Source: Hormiphora californensis
Taxonomy: Eukaryota > Animalia > Ctenophora
Length of the DNA stretch: 64,000 nucleotides
Reading direction: 5' to 3'
Assembly: GCA_020137815.1 (NCBI GenBank)
Contig: CM035359.1
Location: 4,836,001 to 4,900,000 of the forward strand
Part shown: positions 1 through 10,777 of the stretch, in pieces
Numbering within the stretch: the stretch's first letter is position 1
Layout of the letters: the number at the start of each line of letters is the position of its first letter
The notes under the pieces: generated by a model
The model's database searches: none
Seen by the model: the letters and a program-made list of their open reading frames with translations, nothing else
Told to the model about the DNA's origin: nothing
Made by a program: the position numbers and the translations under genes

Positions 1-770
1 TCCTCCAGACTAATCAGGACCTCCCTCCCCAGTGGCAGCTAATCAGACATCCCTCCCCAGGCAAAACAAGAAGAGAAAAACACAAAGAACCACCCCCTCC
101 TCCGCCCCTCTCGCCCCGACCTCCCCCCCACCACCTCCTCCACCCTCTCCATCCCTTACAGCAAAAACCGAGCAAAAAGACACACAGAAAAAACAAAGAG
201 ACCGAAAGACAAGAAAGAAAAGGAGTAAAAGAACCAAATAAAAGAGGAATAAGAAATAATAAATAAAAAAGATAATCAGACATCCCTCAATACCCAGCTA
301 ATCAAAACCTCCCTCCCGCTAATCACACCTCCCTCCCTCCCAGCTATCACACCCGCCCTCCCCCCAGCTAATTCAGACCTCCTCCCCAGCTAATCACCAC
401 CCTCCCTCCCCAGCTCCTAATCAGAACCCTACCTCCCCAAGCTAATCAGCTCCCTCCCTCCCCAGCTAATCACACCTCCCTCCCCGCTAATCACACCTCC
501 ATCCCTCCCCAGCTAATATAAGACCTCCCTCCCCAAGTAATCAGACCTCCCTCCCCAGCTATCAGACCTCCCCTCCCCCAGCTAACTCAGACTCCCTCCC
601 CTCCCCCCAGCGAATTCACCACCTCCCTCCCAAGCTAATCGACCTCCCTCCCTCCCCAGCTAATCAGACCCTCCTCCCTCCCCAGCTTAAGCAGACCCCT
701 CCCCAGATAACAGACCTCCCTCCCTCCCCAGGCTAATCAACCTACCTCCCAGCTAATCAGACCTCCCTCC
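1..770 (+). repeat. Degenerate copy of the 22-bp CTAATCAGACCTCCCTCCCCAG minisatellite, indel-rich (probably low-quality sequence)
   Basis: Same unit as 3470-5153 but with many 1-bp indels; interrupted by an A-rich stretch at ~60-280. Confidence 0.8.
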
Positions 771-773
771 CCG

Positions 774-865
774 ATTGATGTCGATGAGAACTGGAGACGG
801 CCAACCACATACAGTATCGCCGTGTTCCCACTGTCAGAGTGTACTGCAATGAGAAGAAATTACAC
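774..865 (+). pseudogene. Frameshifted partial copy of the thioredoxin-like exon
   Basis: Near-identical to 5154-5246 (ATTGATGTCGATGAGAAC...GAAATTACAC) with several indels; diverges after ~865. Confidence 0.7.
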
Positions 866-1120
866 CGGCCCCCGCGGGGAAAAAATGGGCATCAGTTTGC
901 GTGTACTGCTCCGTTTTTCACGGGACTTGAACGAGGGTGACGGCAAGAGTCTCACCTATTACATGGTATCCTTACATTGTGTATTAAATCTAAAATGACT
1001 GAGCAGCATGCTTGTTAATGAACCTTGACGTGTTTGCTTGTCTCGCAAGCGCGCTCGCGACTAGCAAACACGACATGCAGTTCACACCCTGCAATAGCTA
1101 TCTCTCCCTCCCATTAGCAT

Positions 1121-2675
1121 AGGGTAAACCGGGGCAAAATGGTTAACTTTTTACTAAATCGGTTCTCACTCCCATTTAAAAAAAGATACAATGAAAAAAA
1201 TTATATAGGATTAAAGTTCATTATTTTATCTTTCAAATAAGATAAATTTCAACTCTAAGGACCATCATTTACTTAACTAAATAACTAATTTAAAAATTTT
1301 GGTCGGAAAAAATGGTACCGGGGCAATTCGGATAACACCAATAGGATTGCTTTATTTCGTCACGTGGGAGTCACGTGAACGTCCTCACAACACCAGAAGA
1401 AGATTCCCGCCTGGTGTTGTTAGAGGTGGGGGCAATTCGAACAATGTAATCTACACGCAATCTACACGCTGGTCGTTCTTGTTCGAATTGCCCCGGTATC
1501 ACGCGTGATCACGTGGTACAAAGAACTGCACATCATTGGCCCGAGTGTTAACCAAATTGCCCCTGTTCGAATTGCCCCGGTTGTTCTAGTAGAGTCGATA
1601 ACTACATCGACCTCTCCCAATTGTTCCAGTTTTTGTCACATCTGTTTGGAGCCTCGACACGACCTCTAAACAGGTGTTACTTTTTCACAAACTGTTTTCA
1701 TCTTGGTGTAATCAGCAGTTGAAATGTTGCTGATCATAACAAAAACCTGACTAAATTTTTTCAACTTGGGGTAAAACCATGGGTGTCAAAAGTTAGCTCT
1801 AGGTCCCCTGAGTAACCATCCGGAGACTCCAAGAGATATTTCAAGCCGTTCTCCTGTAATCATTAATCCCGGTAGAGCACATATTTGAGTATGGACGTAC
1901 GTGCAATTGCCTACAACCTCAACTTTAATGTATAACGTTAATGTGCGTCTCTCTCTTTTCTCCCCCTTGAGAAAGAGTTATCTCGCGCGGCGCAACCGCA
2001 CGTGCGGTTTTTCCAGAGAGAGTGAGAGACATACAATAACATGTAAACAGCCTGCCAGCGCTCACGTACGTCCGCATTGTATTTTTTTCTCTACCGGGAT
2101 TAATGATTACGGGAGAACGGCTTGAAATATCTCTTAGAGTCTCCGGATGGTTACTCAGGGGACCTAGAGCTAACTTTTGACACCCATGGTTTTACCCCAA
2201 GTTGAAAAAATTTAGTCAGGTTTTTGTTATGATCAGCAACATTTCAACTGCTGATTACACCAAGATGAAAACAGTTTGTGAAAAAGTAACACCTGTTTAG
2301 AGGTCGTGTCGAGGCTCCAAACAGATGTGACAAAAACTGGAACAATTGGGAGAGGTCGATGTAGTTATCGACTCTACTATTCTAATTGCCCCGGTAATCT
2401 TAATTTACCAGAATTTGGAATGAAAACATGCGAATATTTAAATAATTTTTATACCATCTGAAAGCTGATATTATTAGCTTTCAGCTGGTTTTTTCAAATC
2501 GGAAATTGACCAACTTAAACCGGATCTAGAGCCTATTTAGTGGTAACGGGCAGGCTCGAACGAGCAGTTTTCTTCTGGAGATAGGATGACGTCATTATGA
2601 TAGCTTAACTAGGTGAGAGACGGGCAGTACATTGTTCGAATTGCCCCGGTTGTTCGAATTGCCCCGGTTTACCCT
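1121..2675. mobile_element. Non-autonomous TIR DNA transposon, termini AGGGTAAACCGGGGCAA...TTGCCCCGGTTTACCCT, 6-bp target ATGCAT
   Basis: TIRs plus internal TTCGAATTGCCCCGG subrepeats. The empty-site paralog at ~4081-4160 reads CCCATTATGCATCCCATG. Filled site: left A(T)GCAT, right ATGCAT. Confidence 0.8.
1587..2379. mobile_element. Foldback element with ~290-bp TIRs, TAG...CTA termini and 3-bp TSD TTC (Academ-like non-autonomous), nested in the 1121-2675 element
   Basis: 1587-~1877 is the reverse complement of ~2089-2379; TTC is present on both flanks. Confidence 0.75.
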
Positions 2676-2752
2676 ATGCATCCCATGCTTGCAGATGGAC
2701 TTTTTTGGGTGAGCGATAAAAAAGATAATTAATCCGCGATGATATCAGAGAG

Positions 2753-2880
<128 letters not shown>

Positions 2881-3469
2881 GTAAGCTACTATAGAGCACT
2901 GCTAGAAAAACAATTTCTATCAGTGTGATCGGAGTGGGGACCTCTAAACTTGTCTCGCGTGGGTTCAGGCATTCAGGAAAATGACGTTGATTCAGGTGTT
3001 CAAATCAAATTGCTAATAAAACAAACGTTTCGACACAACGTGTCCTCATCAGTGTTAAGCTATTAGTGCTCAATATATAGCTATCTCTCCCTCCCATATC
3101 ATGATAATGGTCGACAGCCAACCCTTATTAGGAACTCGCCCCTCGCCACGTGTCTTGATCGATGGCACATTTTAATTTTTAACTAGATAGTACTTCTAAA
3201 CTAATTTTGAGACCAGTTTTTGAGTTAGAAAGTATGACGCATATATAACCACCGCGTCGCGATTCTCCAGACTCACAAGACGCAGAGCTATAATTTACGA
3301 GTGACGTATAATTAATTCCGGTTGTATTAGTCTCGAAAGCTCTGTATGGCGGCGCCATACCCCAGTGCGATCAGATGGGTCGCGGCGCCAGACAGCGAAA
3401 GCTAGGAGTAGGATTCAGAAAAACTCTGTGCCTTATTTGGTCCCTTATTTGGTCCTAACATGTCAACTA

Positions 3470-5153
3470 TCCAGCTAATCAGACCTCCCTCCCTCCCCAG
3501 TTTATCAGACCTCCCTCCCCACTCCCCAGCTAATCAGACCTCCCTCCCTAGCTAATCAGACCTCCCTCCCCAGCTAATCAGACCTCCCTACCTCCCCAGC
3601 TAATCAGACCTCCCTACCTCCCCAGCTAATCAGACCTCCCTCCCTTCCCAGTTTATCAGACCTCCCTCCCCAGCTAATCAGACATCCCTCCCCAGCTAAT
3701 CAGACCTCCCTCCCCAGCTAATCAGACCTCCCTCCCTCCCCAGCTAATCAGACCTCCCTTCCCATCTAATCAGACCTCCCTCCCTTCCCAGTTTATCAGA
3801 CCTCCCTCCCCACTCCCCAGCTAATCAGACCTCCCTCCCTAGCTAATCAGACCTCCCTCCCCAGCTAATCAGACCTCCCTACCTCCCCAGCTAATCAGAC
3901 CTCCCTCCCTTCCCAGTTTATCAGACCTCCCTCCCCAGCTAATCAGACATCCCTCCCCAGCTAATCAGACCTCCCTCCCCAGCTAATCACACCTCCCTCC
4001 CTCCCCAGCTAATCAGACCTCCCTCCCTCCCCAGCTGTATATAGAGCACTGATAGAAAAATAATTTCTATCAGTGCTCAATAGCTATCTCTCCCTCCCAT
4101 TATGCATCCCATGCTTGCAGATGGACTTTTTTGGGTGAGCGATGAAAAAGATAATTAATTATTTGGTCCCCTATTTGGTCCTAACATGTCAACTATCCAG
4201 CTAATCAGACCTCCCTCCCTCCCCAGCTAATCAGACCTCCCTCCGGCCCAGCTAATCACACCTCCCTCTTTTCCCAGCTAATCAGACCTCCCTCCCCAGC
4301 TAATCAGACCTCCCTCCCCAGCTAATCAGACCTCCCTCCCAAGCTAATCAGACCTCCCTTCCCAGCTAATCAGACCTCCCTCCCTCCCCAGCTAATCAGA
4401 CCTCCCTCCCCAGCTAATCAGACCTCCCTCCCCAGCTAATCAGACCTCCCTCCCCAGCTAATCAGACCTCCCTCCCCAGCTAATCAGACCTCACTCCCCA
4501 GCTAATCAGACCTCCCTCCCTCCCCAGCTAATCAGACCTCCCTCCCCAGCTAATCAGACCTCCCTCCCCAGCTAATCACACCTCCCTCCCCAGCTAATCA
4601 CACCTCCCTCCCTCCCCAGCTAATCACACCTCCCTCCCCAGCTAATCACACCTCCCTCCCCAGCTAATCAGACCTCCCTCCCCAGCTAATCAGACCTCCC
4701 TCCCTCCCCAGCTAATCAGACCTCCCTCCCCAGCTAATCAGACCTCCCTCCCCAGCTAATCAGACCTCCCTCCCCAGCTAATCAGACCTCCCTCCCTCCC
4801 CAGCTAATCAGACCTCCCTCCCCAGCTAATCAGACCTCCCTCCCCAGCTAATCAGACCTCCCTCCCTCCCCAGCTAATCAGACCTCCCTCCCCAGCTAAT
4901 CAGACCTCCCTCCCCAGCTAATCAGACCTCCTTCCCTCCCCAGCTAATCAGACCTCCCTCCCCAGCTAATCAGACCTCCCTCCCCAGCTAATCAGACCTC
5001 CTTCCCTCCCCAGCTAATCAGACCTCCCTCCCCAGCTAATCAGACCTCCCTCCCCAGCTAATCAGACCTCCCTCCCCAGCTAATCAGACCTCCCTCCCTC
5101 CCCAGCTAATCAGACATCCCTCCGTCCCCAGCTAATCAGACCTCCTTCCCCAG
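3470..5153 (+). repeat. 22/26-bp minisatellite CTAATCAGACCTCCCT(CCCT)CCCCAG in two blocks (3470-4035, 4197-5153), ending exactly at an exon acceptor
   Basis: Dozens of tandem units; the last CAG (5151-5153) precedes the thioredoxin-like exon. Confidence 0.95.
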
Positions 5154-7071
5154 ATTGATGTCGATGAGAACCTGGAGACGGCCAACACATACAGTATCGC
5201 CTGTGTTCCCACTGTCAGAGTGTACTGCAATGAGAAGAAATTACACGAGAACTTCGGGTGGAACTCTGATAGACTAACCAGGGCAATTAACGTGAGTAAT
5301 ATAACGCAGTCATATGACAGGTAATAAGTCAAGAAATGTCACGCAATTCTTAAATTCTGTTCTGCCGATGTGTCTGATTTTCAATACTATAATTATGGGT
5401 TATTATCACTACTTTGTACTTCATATAATATCACTGCGCTGGCAAGCGCAAAGGTTGCCATTCCCCCTCCCCCAAACAGCAAAGCGCCGCCAGAAACGCA
5501 GTTATACGTTTTATGGGTGTTTTGACTGAAAACCCAGATTTCAGAAGGCTATAGCATGGCTCCCATTCATCCGTTTGACTTGAAATTTGGAATGTATACC
5601 CGGCTTGGGGTCATTAACTTAAGTTCAAAATTTCAAGTCTCTATCTCATCTGGAACTGAAGTTACAGACAGGTCCCATTTGCCCTAGATTCAGTGTAACA
5701 CATATGCGCGCGCGCGCACGCGCGCGCGTAGGAGAGACGCTTTTTATAAACCATATTCACGCCAAACGAAAAGAGATAGAAACTTCTCGTTTTCACAGCT
5801 GGTAGATCTACTGGATGTGTGTGCATTAGTCGATGTGAGATCCCTTTTCATCGCCAGGAACGTCCTACAGAACGTCTTAAAGTCGTCATTTTTCAGACTC
5901 TGACTAAAATTCTTTGAGCTCATTTTACACCCTGAAGACGGATTCTAATCGAAAATCGAAGGCTATATCATGGAAAGAGAATTGTCTGAACTTTCAGAAA
6001 CTATATAGCGAATTTTTAAAACTAGACGTATAAGGGTCTTAAAACGCGTCTAAAGTGTTATGACTGTTTAAAAATAGATATGACGATATGGGTTTTTTCG
6101 CCATAGCAGACTCAAATCTCATCCAATCGATCTCAAACTTGGTCAGTATCTTCATCTAGGTAATCCCGATGATATGACGTCATCATTATGACGTCATAAC
6201 GACGTGACGTCATTTTATGACGTCAAAATGACGTCAAAAATGAAAATTTTGCAAATTCGCGATTCCATCCTCTCCTTACCTGTTCTACTACATCTAAATG
6301 GATAAAAAATCCCAAAAATGATGCAAATTATACCAAAACTAATTGAAATTAGTAGGCCGGAAAGGTTGCCCTATGATTTGAGCTACCTTTGGCACCAGTA
6401 CATTCCCTTTCGAAGATAGAAGAAGCATCGGTTATACCCTGACTGTACCCCGTGAATGTTACGGTGGCAAAGGTAGCTCAAATCATAGGGCAACCTTTCC
6501 GGCCTACTAATTTCAATTAGTTTTGGTATATTATATTATATAGAACTTAAGAACCAGGTTCGAACTAAAATTAAAGCCATAATAATGATAATTGTTGATG
6601 ATGTCAAATAACCAAGCTCCATATATATAATTATAATGGCATATATTATGTAATGTCATTAGCCATATTGACTATCAGTTGAAATTGTATAACTGCTTGC
6701 AATAACGCGATGGTATTATTACCACCGGATTATCGCAAGTACCGGCGAGACATCCATCAATATTCCAAGCAGCATGATAACCAATCACAGTAATTATGTA
6801 GCAAACTATGTAGTCTTTTATGTAGTAAAATAATGAATAGTCAGAGTAGTGTTTCAAGTGACAAGTAAGCACTTTACAGGATCTCAACTAGCGATCAATT
6901 GTAAAAAATAGGAATTGTTGTGCTAAAAACTAAACTTTAATTCAATTTATTTAGGTCTGTAAGGATCTGTACAAGTCTCAGCTGATGCCAGGTGGTGTGG
7001 CGATGCCTGGACCCCAAGCTCTCTCAGCTATCTCTTCCCTCAACAACTCTATCCTAAAAAGTAGGTCGTGA
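5154..7071 (+). CDS. Thioredoxin-fold protein, 3' exons only (5154-5291, 6955-7071)
   Basis: IDVDENLETANTYSIACVPTVRVYCNEKKLHENFGWNSDRLTRAIN matches the C-terminal half of Trx (DVD..A..Y.I..VPT..G). The exon is AG/GT bounded and joins in phase 0 to VCKDLYKSQLMPG...KSRS*. The CxxC exon is not seen. Confidence 0.7.
5431..6530 (-). mobile_element. ~1.1-kb Helentron-associated (HINE/DINE-1-like) non-autonomous element, copy 1
   Basis: Inverted copy at 62587-63679. One end is a ~200-bp foldback (TATACCAAAAC...GTTTTGGTATA), the other a short hairpin TGCGCT-GGCA-AGCGCA. AAAGGTTGCC subterminal motif at both ends; internal (GC)n tract. Confidence 0.6.
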
Positions 7072-8188
7072 TAACTTGGCAGTCAATTAATGACCCACAA
7101 ACACCGATGTATCTAAGCTCGTGCAGCTACCCCGGCCGCAAAAGTAGATAAAAGTCTCACACACAATATTCAATCATATTGTGGCTCTTATGAATATTTT
7201 ATTCATTAGATCCACGATTATGGTTATGCAGTTGCATATTATGCAGTTGCATATTATGCAGTTAGCAAGCACCAAAGGTCTTGTCCCTCAGCTACCATAT
7301 ATAATCATTAGTCTCTGATGAAAGGTAATATTGATACATATCTGCATGACTCTAATATACAACCCCCCCTCCCGCCAGAGGACGATAAGACGACACCAAT
7401 TAATGGCCACTAACTGATCGGAGGAGAACACTCGATATATATTCAGGGGATCGGATACCACTTGTCGAGTAATATACAGGGGGTATAAGGAGTACTATAG
7501 TATAGTATAATATAGTACTTCTATATACTCAACGAGATACCACCATGATTTTTCAACAAACCATGCATGATACGTAAACTCTGAATATATATGAGAACTT
7601 GAATTGGGACTGTGTGTATGTCGTAGAAATGCTAGAGTAAGTTTATGGATGATTAATTAACGGTTAGTTAACATTTGTAATGATAGATCTAGGTGTTTGC
7701 TTTTGTGTGGCTGTGATTAATTTGTATAGTTTTCCAACCCAAAATATAGTTCCCAACAAATTTAAAACACGACTGGTTCACTGTTTCCCGAATAAATTCT
7801 TTTTAAAAACACATTTTTGCGTTCACATATGGTACAAAAAAACCTTCGCACCAATTTGAATTACTGATCATAGGATAAAATTCCTGGTAACAAACACACA
7901 TCAGTTTCTGATACTTTAGGGCTTTCTGGCAGCGGATTACGGGGGCCAGATCGGTTCGGCGCTTCCAGACAGCTTTAGGGCGAGGTCTGTATAGTGCTGT
8001 TTACAGAACCACGTCCCGAAAGTTTCATCAATAATCCAATTCTCAGTAATATAACACGATTTAAATCTCCAACCACACCACGCAGAGAGGAACATACTCG
8101 GTCAAACTAGAAGTAGAAATAGATAAACAAGGCCTGGTTTCTCAATAATCTCAAGAATTTCACTTTTTCTTCCAATGTAGTTGTACAG

Positions 8189-8297
8189 CAGGAACCGACC
8201 GAAACAATTAAACAACCAATCAAAACTCGTTATTTAGGTCAGGTGACTGGTTATCAGCCAATCAGGGACCAGTATTTACTGATTCGGTCGGTTCCTA
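8189..8297. mobile_element. hAT-type MITE CAGGAACCGACCGAA...TTCGGTCGGTTCCT, 8-bp TSD TTGTACAG
   Basis: TIR and TSD read directly; second copy at 30553-30661. Confidence 0.85.
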
Positions 8298-8732
8298 TTG
8301 TACAGAGTACCCAACTGTCCATCACAGACTGCAGTTTGGATAATGTTACAAAATGTTTTCAAATATATCAAAAGGGGAAGAGAGATAAAGCGGAAATGGA
8401 TGGTGTAAAAGAGAAATCTACTGGAAAATTCTTTCTCTTGAATACCTTATTGAATTGGTTTTACAAATCTTCCACAAATTATTCAATAACTGTTTTAAGT
8501 AAATTAATAATAATGGGAATAATGTAATTTTGAAGTCTGTCTTAAGAGTCCAAAACACTAGCAACAAATAAAAATGACCACTTGCATGGGTATAACCTGA
8601 TCCCTTATATCATGGACATAAAGGGTAACTCAACACCTTATTTGGACATAAACACAGGCCAAGGTCAACTTCTTATATGCAATGGACAGTTCTATCCAGA
8701 CACGCTGATTAACCATATCAAGATACGTCGCA

Positions 8733-9028
8733 TTAAGTCCGTTCAACGTCACTGTTGCTCTTGTGTTTGAGTTTTCGTCGCAAAAAAGAGAAAATCTGAA
8801 ACAGAGAAGGAGGATTTAGACACGGGATTGGTAACATGAATTCTACAATGGCATTTCAAAGGGTGAACTCAATATATAACACTGCAGTGTTTTGAATATT
8901 ACACTTACCCCCTGTGGCTCAGGTTTCTCAAGTCGCTTCATTTCCTCCTGTTTTGTCAGTAACAACTGGTACCGGACAGTACAGGCATCTTGAATGGCCC
9001 GGGCAACCTCCGCACAACTTCCATCGTT
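8733..9028 (-). CDS. Two terminal exons (9028-8909, 8795-8733) of a possible PTB-domain adaptor (Fe65/APBB-like C-terminus)
   Basis: AG/GT-bounded, phase-0 join: NDGSCAEVARAIQDACTVRYQLLLTKQEEMKRLEKPEPQG|IFSFLRRKLKHKSNSDVERT*. Resembles the Fe65 PTB2 end (AVQAACMLRYQ). Upstream exons unresolved. Confidence 0.45.
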
Positions 9029-9389
9029 CTTAAGGGGAGAATGGGAAGGTTAATAATCAACGCGGTACCAGTACGTCCCCATTAGTTGTACAATACAATG
9101 TACTGGTACAATACAATGTACTGGTACAATACAATGTACTGGTACAATACAATGTAGCTAAGGATACAAATACGGGTAACATGGGTACATCGTTAGCACA
9201 AAATAACCAAAGGATGGTTAATCTTCAAATTAATTGAACCTGGTAACTTGGCAATAAAACGATTTTTGTTCCCTATTCAGGGCTATTGACAGCAGGGGTT
9301 TACTTGTTATGTTCTAACCCTCGTGGTTAGAGAGTTGAGCAAGGAAAGGTGGGTAGTATATAATGGATCTTTGAGGGCAAAAATATCGG

Positions 9390-9535
9390 TACAGTCGGAC
9401 CCCGATTTACAGGGATTGTCGGGGAAGGGGTTTGCCCGGTAAATCGGGGTGCCCGGTATATAATCGGGGTCAAATACCGTTAATTTCCTTAATATCGGGG
9501 GAAATTTATCCTCCCGGTAGATAGGGGTCCGACTA
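9390..9535. mobile_element. TA-flanked MITE of the CAGTCGGACCCCGATTTA family (Tc1/pogo-like)
   Basis: TIR CAGTCGGACC/GGTCCGACT with AAATCGGGG subrepeats; other copies at 48355-48482 and 54821-54994. Confidence 0.75.
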
Positions 9536-10452
9536 TTTGAAGGAGCGTTTTTCACGGTGTGACAAACCAAGATGAGAAGAACTTTTTCTCATCCGAGTTT
9601 GTGTGGCTAACACCGTCTCAAACGATTGAGCATTCTATGTGAGGGGTGGGTAGATCAAATCTTGGCGGCAGAGATTCTCTGCCACCAAGATTTGATCTAC
9701 CGACCCCTGAGTTTGATCCTTATTCTGTGAGAGAATGACAAATCAAACTCAGTTGAGATCCTAGGGTTAATTTGTATACCTTACCTATCAATTTGAAGAT
9801 AACTATCTTCAAAGTATTCCTCCTCACCTTGGACCATTGTTCTATGGAAATGAACCTGCAGTTAGAAGACAACATCCAATACAATCACGGGTAATATGGT
9901 AGTTCTGGGCTGAACATTTTCGACCGCTTTAAAGCGCTTTATAGCGTTTGAAAAAGCGCTTTATAGCGCTATAAAGCGCTTTAAAGCGGTACCGCTTTCA
10001 TTGCTAACAATTCGTATTTTTAGTGTGTGCGACGGGTTAGGGCTATCCGTTAGGGTCTGGTTAGGGTTTGGTTTGGGGTTATCGGTTAGGGCTATCGATT
10101 CTCTATGGACAATGTTAAAATCTGGGTGCCTTCCATTGCTAAAAATTTATCGATTTTGGCGGTCGAGACGGGTTTGGGCTGTTGTTAGGGTCGGGTTAGG
10201 ACTTAGGGTTTTGTTTGGGGTTATCGGTTAGGGCTATCGATTCTCTATCAGATACCGTTTAGTTTACTCAAATTGGCCATGTGGTTGCGTGGCTATAGCC
10301 GTTTGAAAAAAGTCGGTCTAAGTGTACTCTGATTCAACTTGGCACGTCTAAATGTACTCTTGATCATTTGGTACGTGTGTTGTGTGAAGATGAGTGGAAG
10401 ATGTTGGAGGCGTTGGTTTGGAGTTAGACGGAGGAGTATTTGACATAGGGAC

Positions 10453-10752
10453 CAGGGGCGGCTCTGCCATGAGGACGATGCGGACGCTTCCGCATTTTTA
10501 CTATCATGGAGAGAAAAAGGAAAAATTCAAGGAAAAGGGTCAATTTTTCTCAAAATTTGATGTTTTGAATGGGATTTTAGTGTAATCTGCGCGCCACACA
10601 GGTTTTTTGCCGTCGCAGTATTTGTTGATTCACGTGCTACGTCAAAATAGCCAATGCGGACCATCCGCATTGGGTATTTCGACGGAACACGCGAGTTAAA
10701 ATTTTTCGGCCGCATATTGGTCAGAGCGGCTGAAAGCCGCGCACCGCCCCTG
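10453..10752. mobile_element. hAT-type MITE CAGGGGCGG...CCGCCCCTG, 8-bp TSD ATAGGGAC
   Basis: TIR and exact TSD on both flanks. Confidence 0.85.
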
Positions 10753-10777
10753 ATAGGGACATCGACATACTTCGAGT

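Noticed and set aside
14-283. Short ORFs at the window start
   Set aside because: Low-complexity, indel-rich sequence
3470-5153. CRISPR-like array
   Set aside because: Head-to-tail repeats with no unique spacers; eukaryotic context; no cas genes
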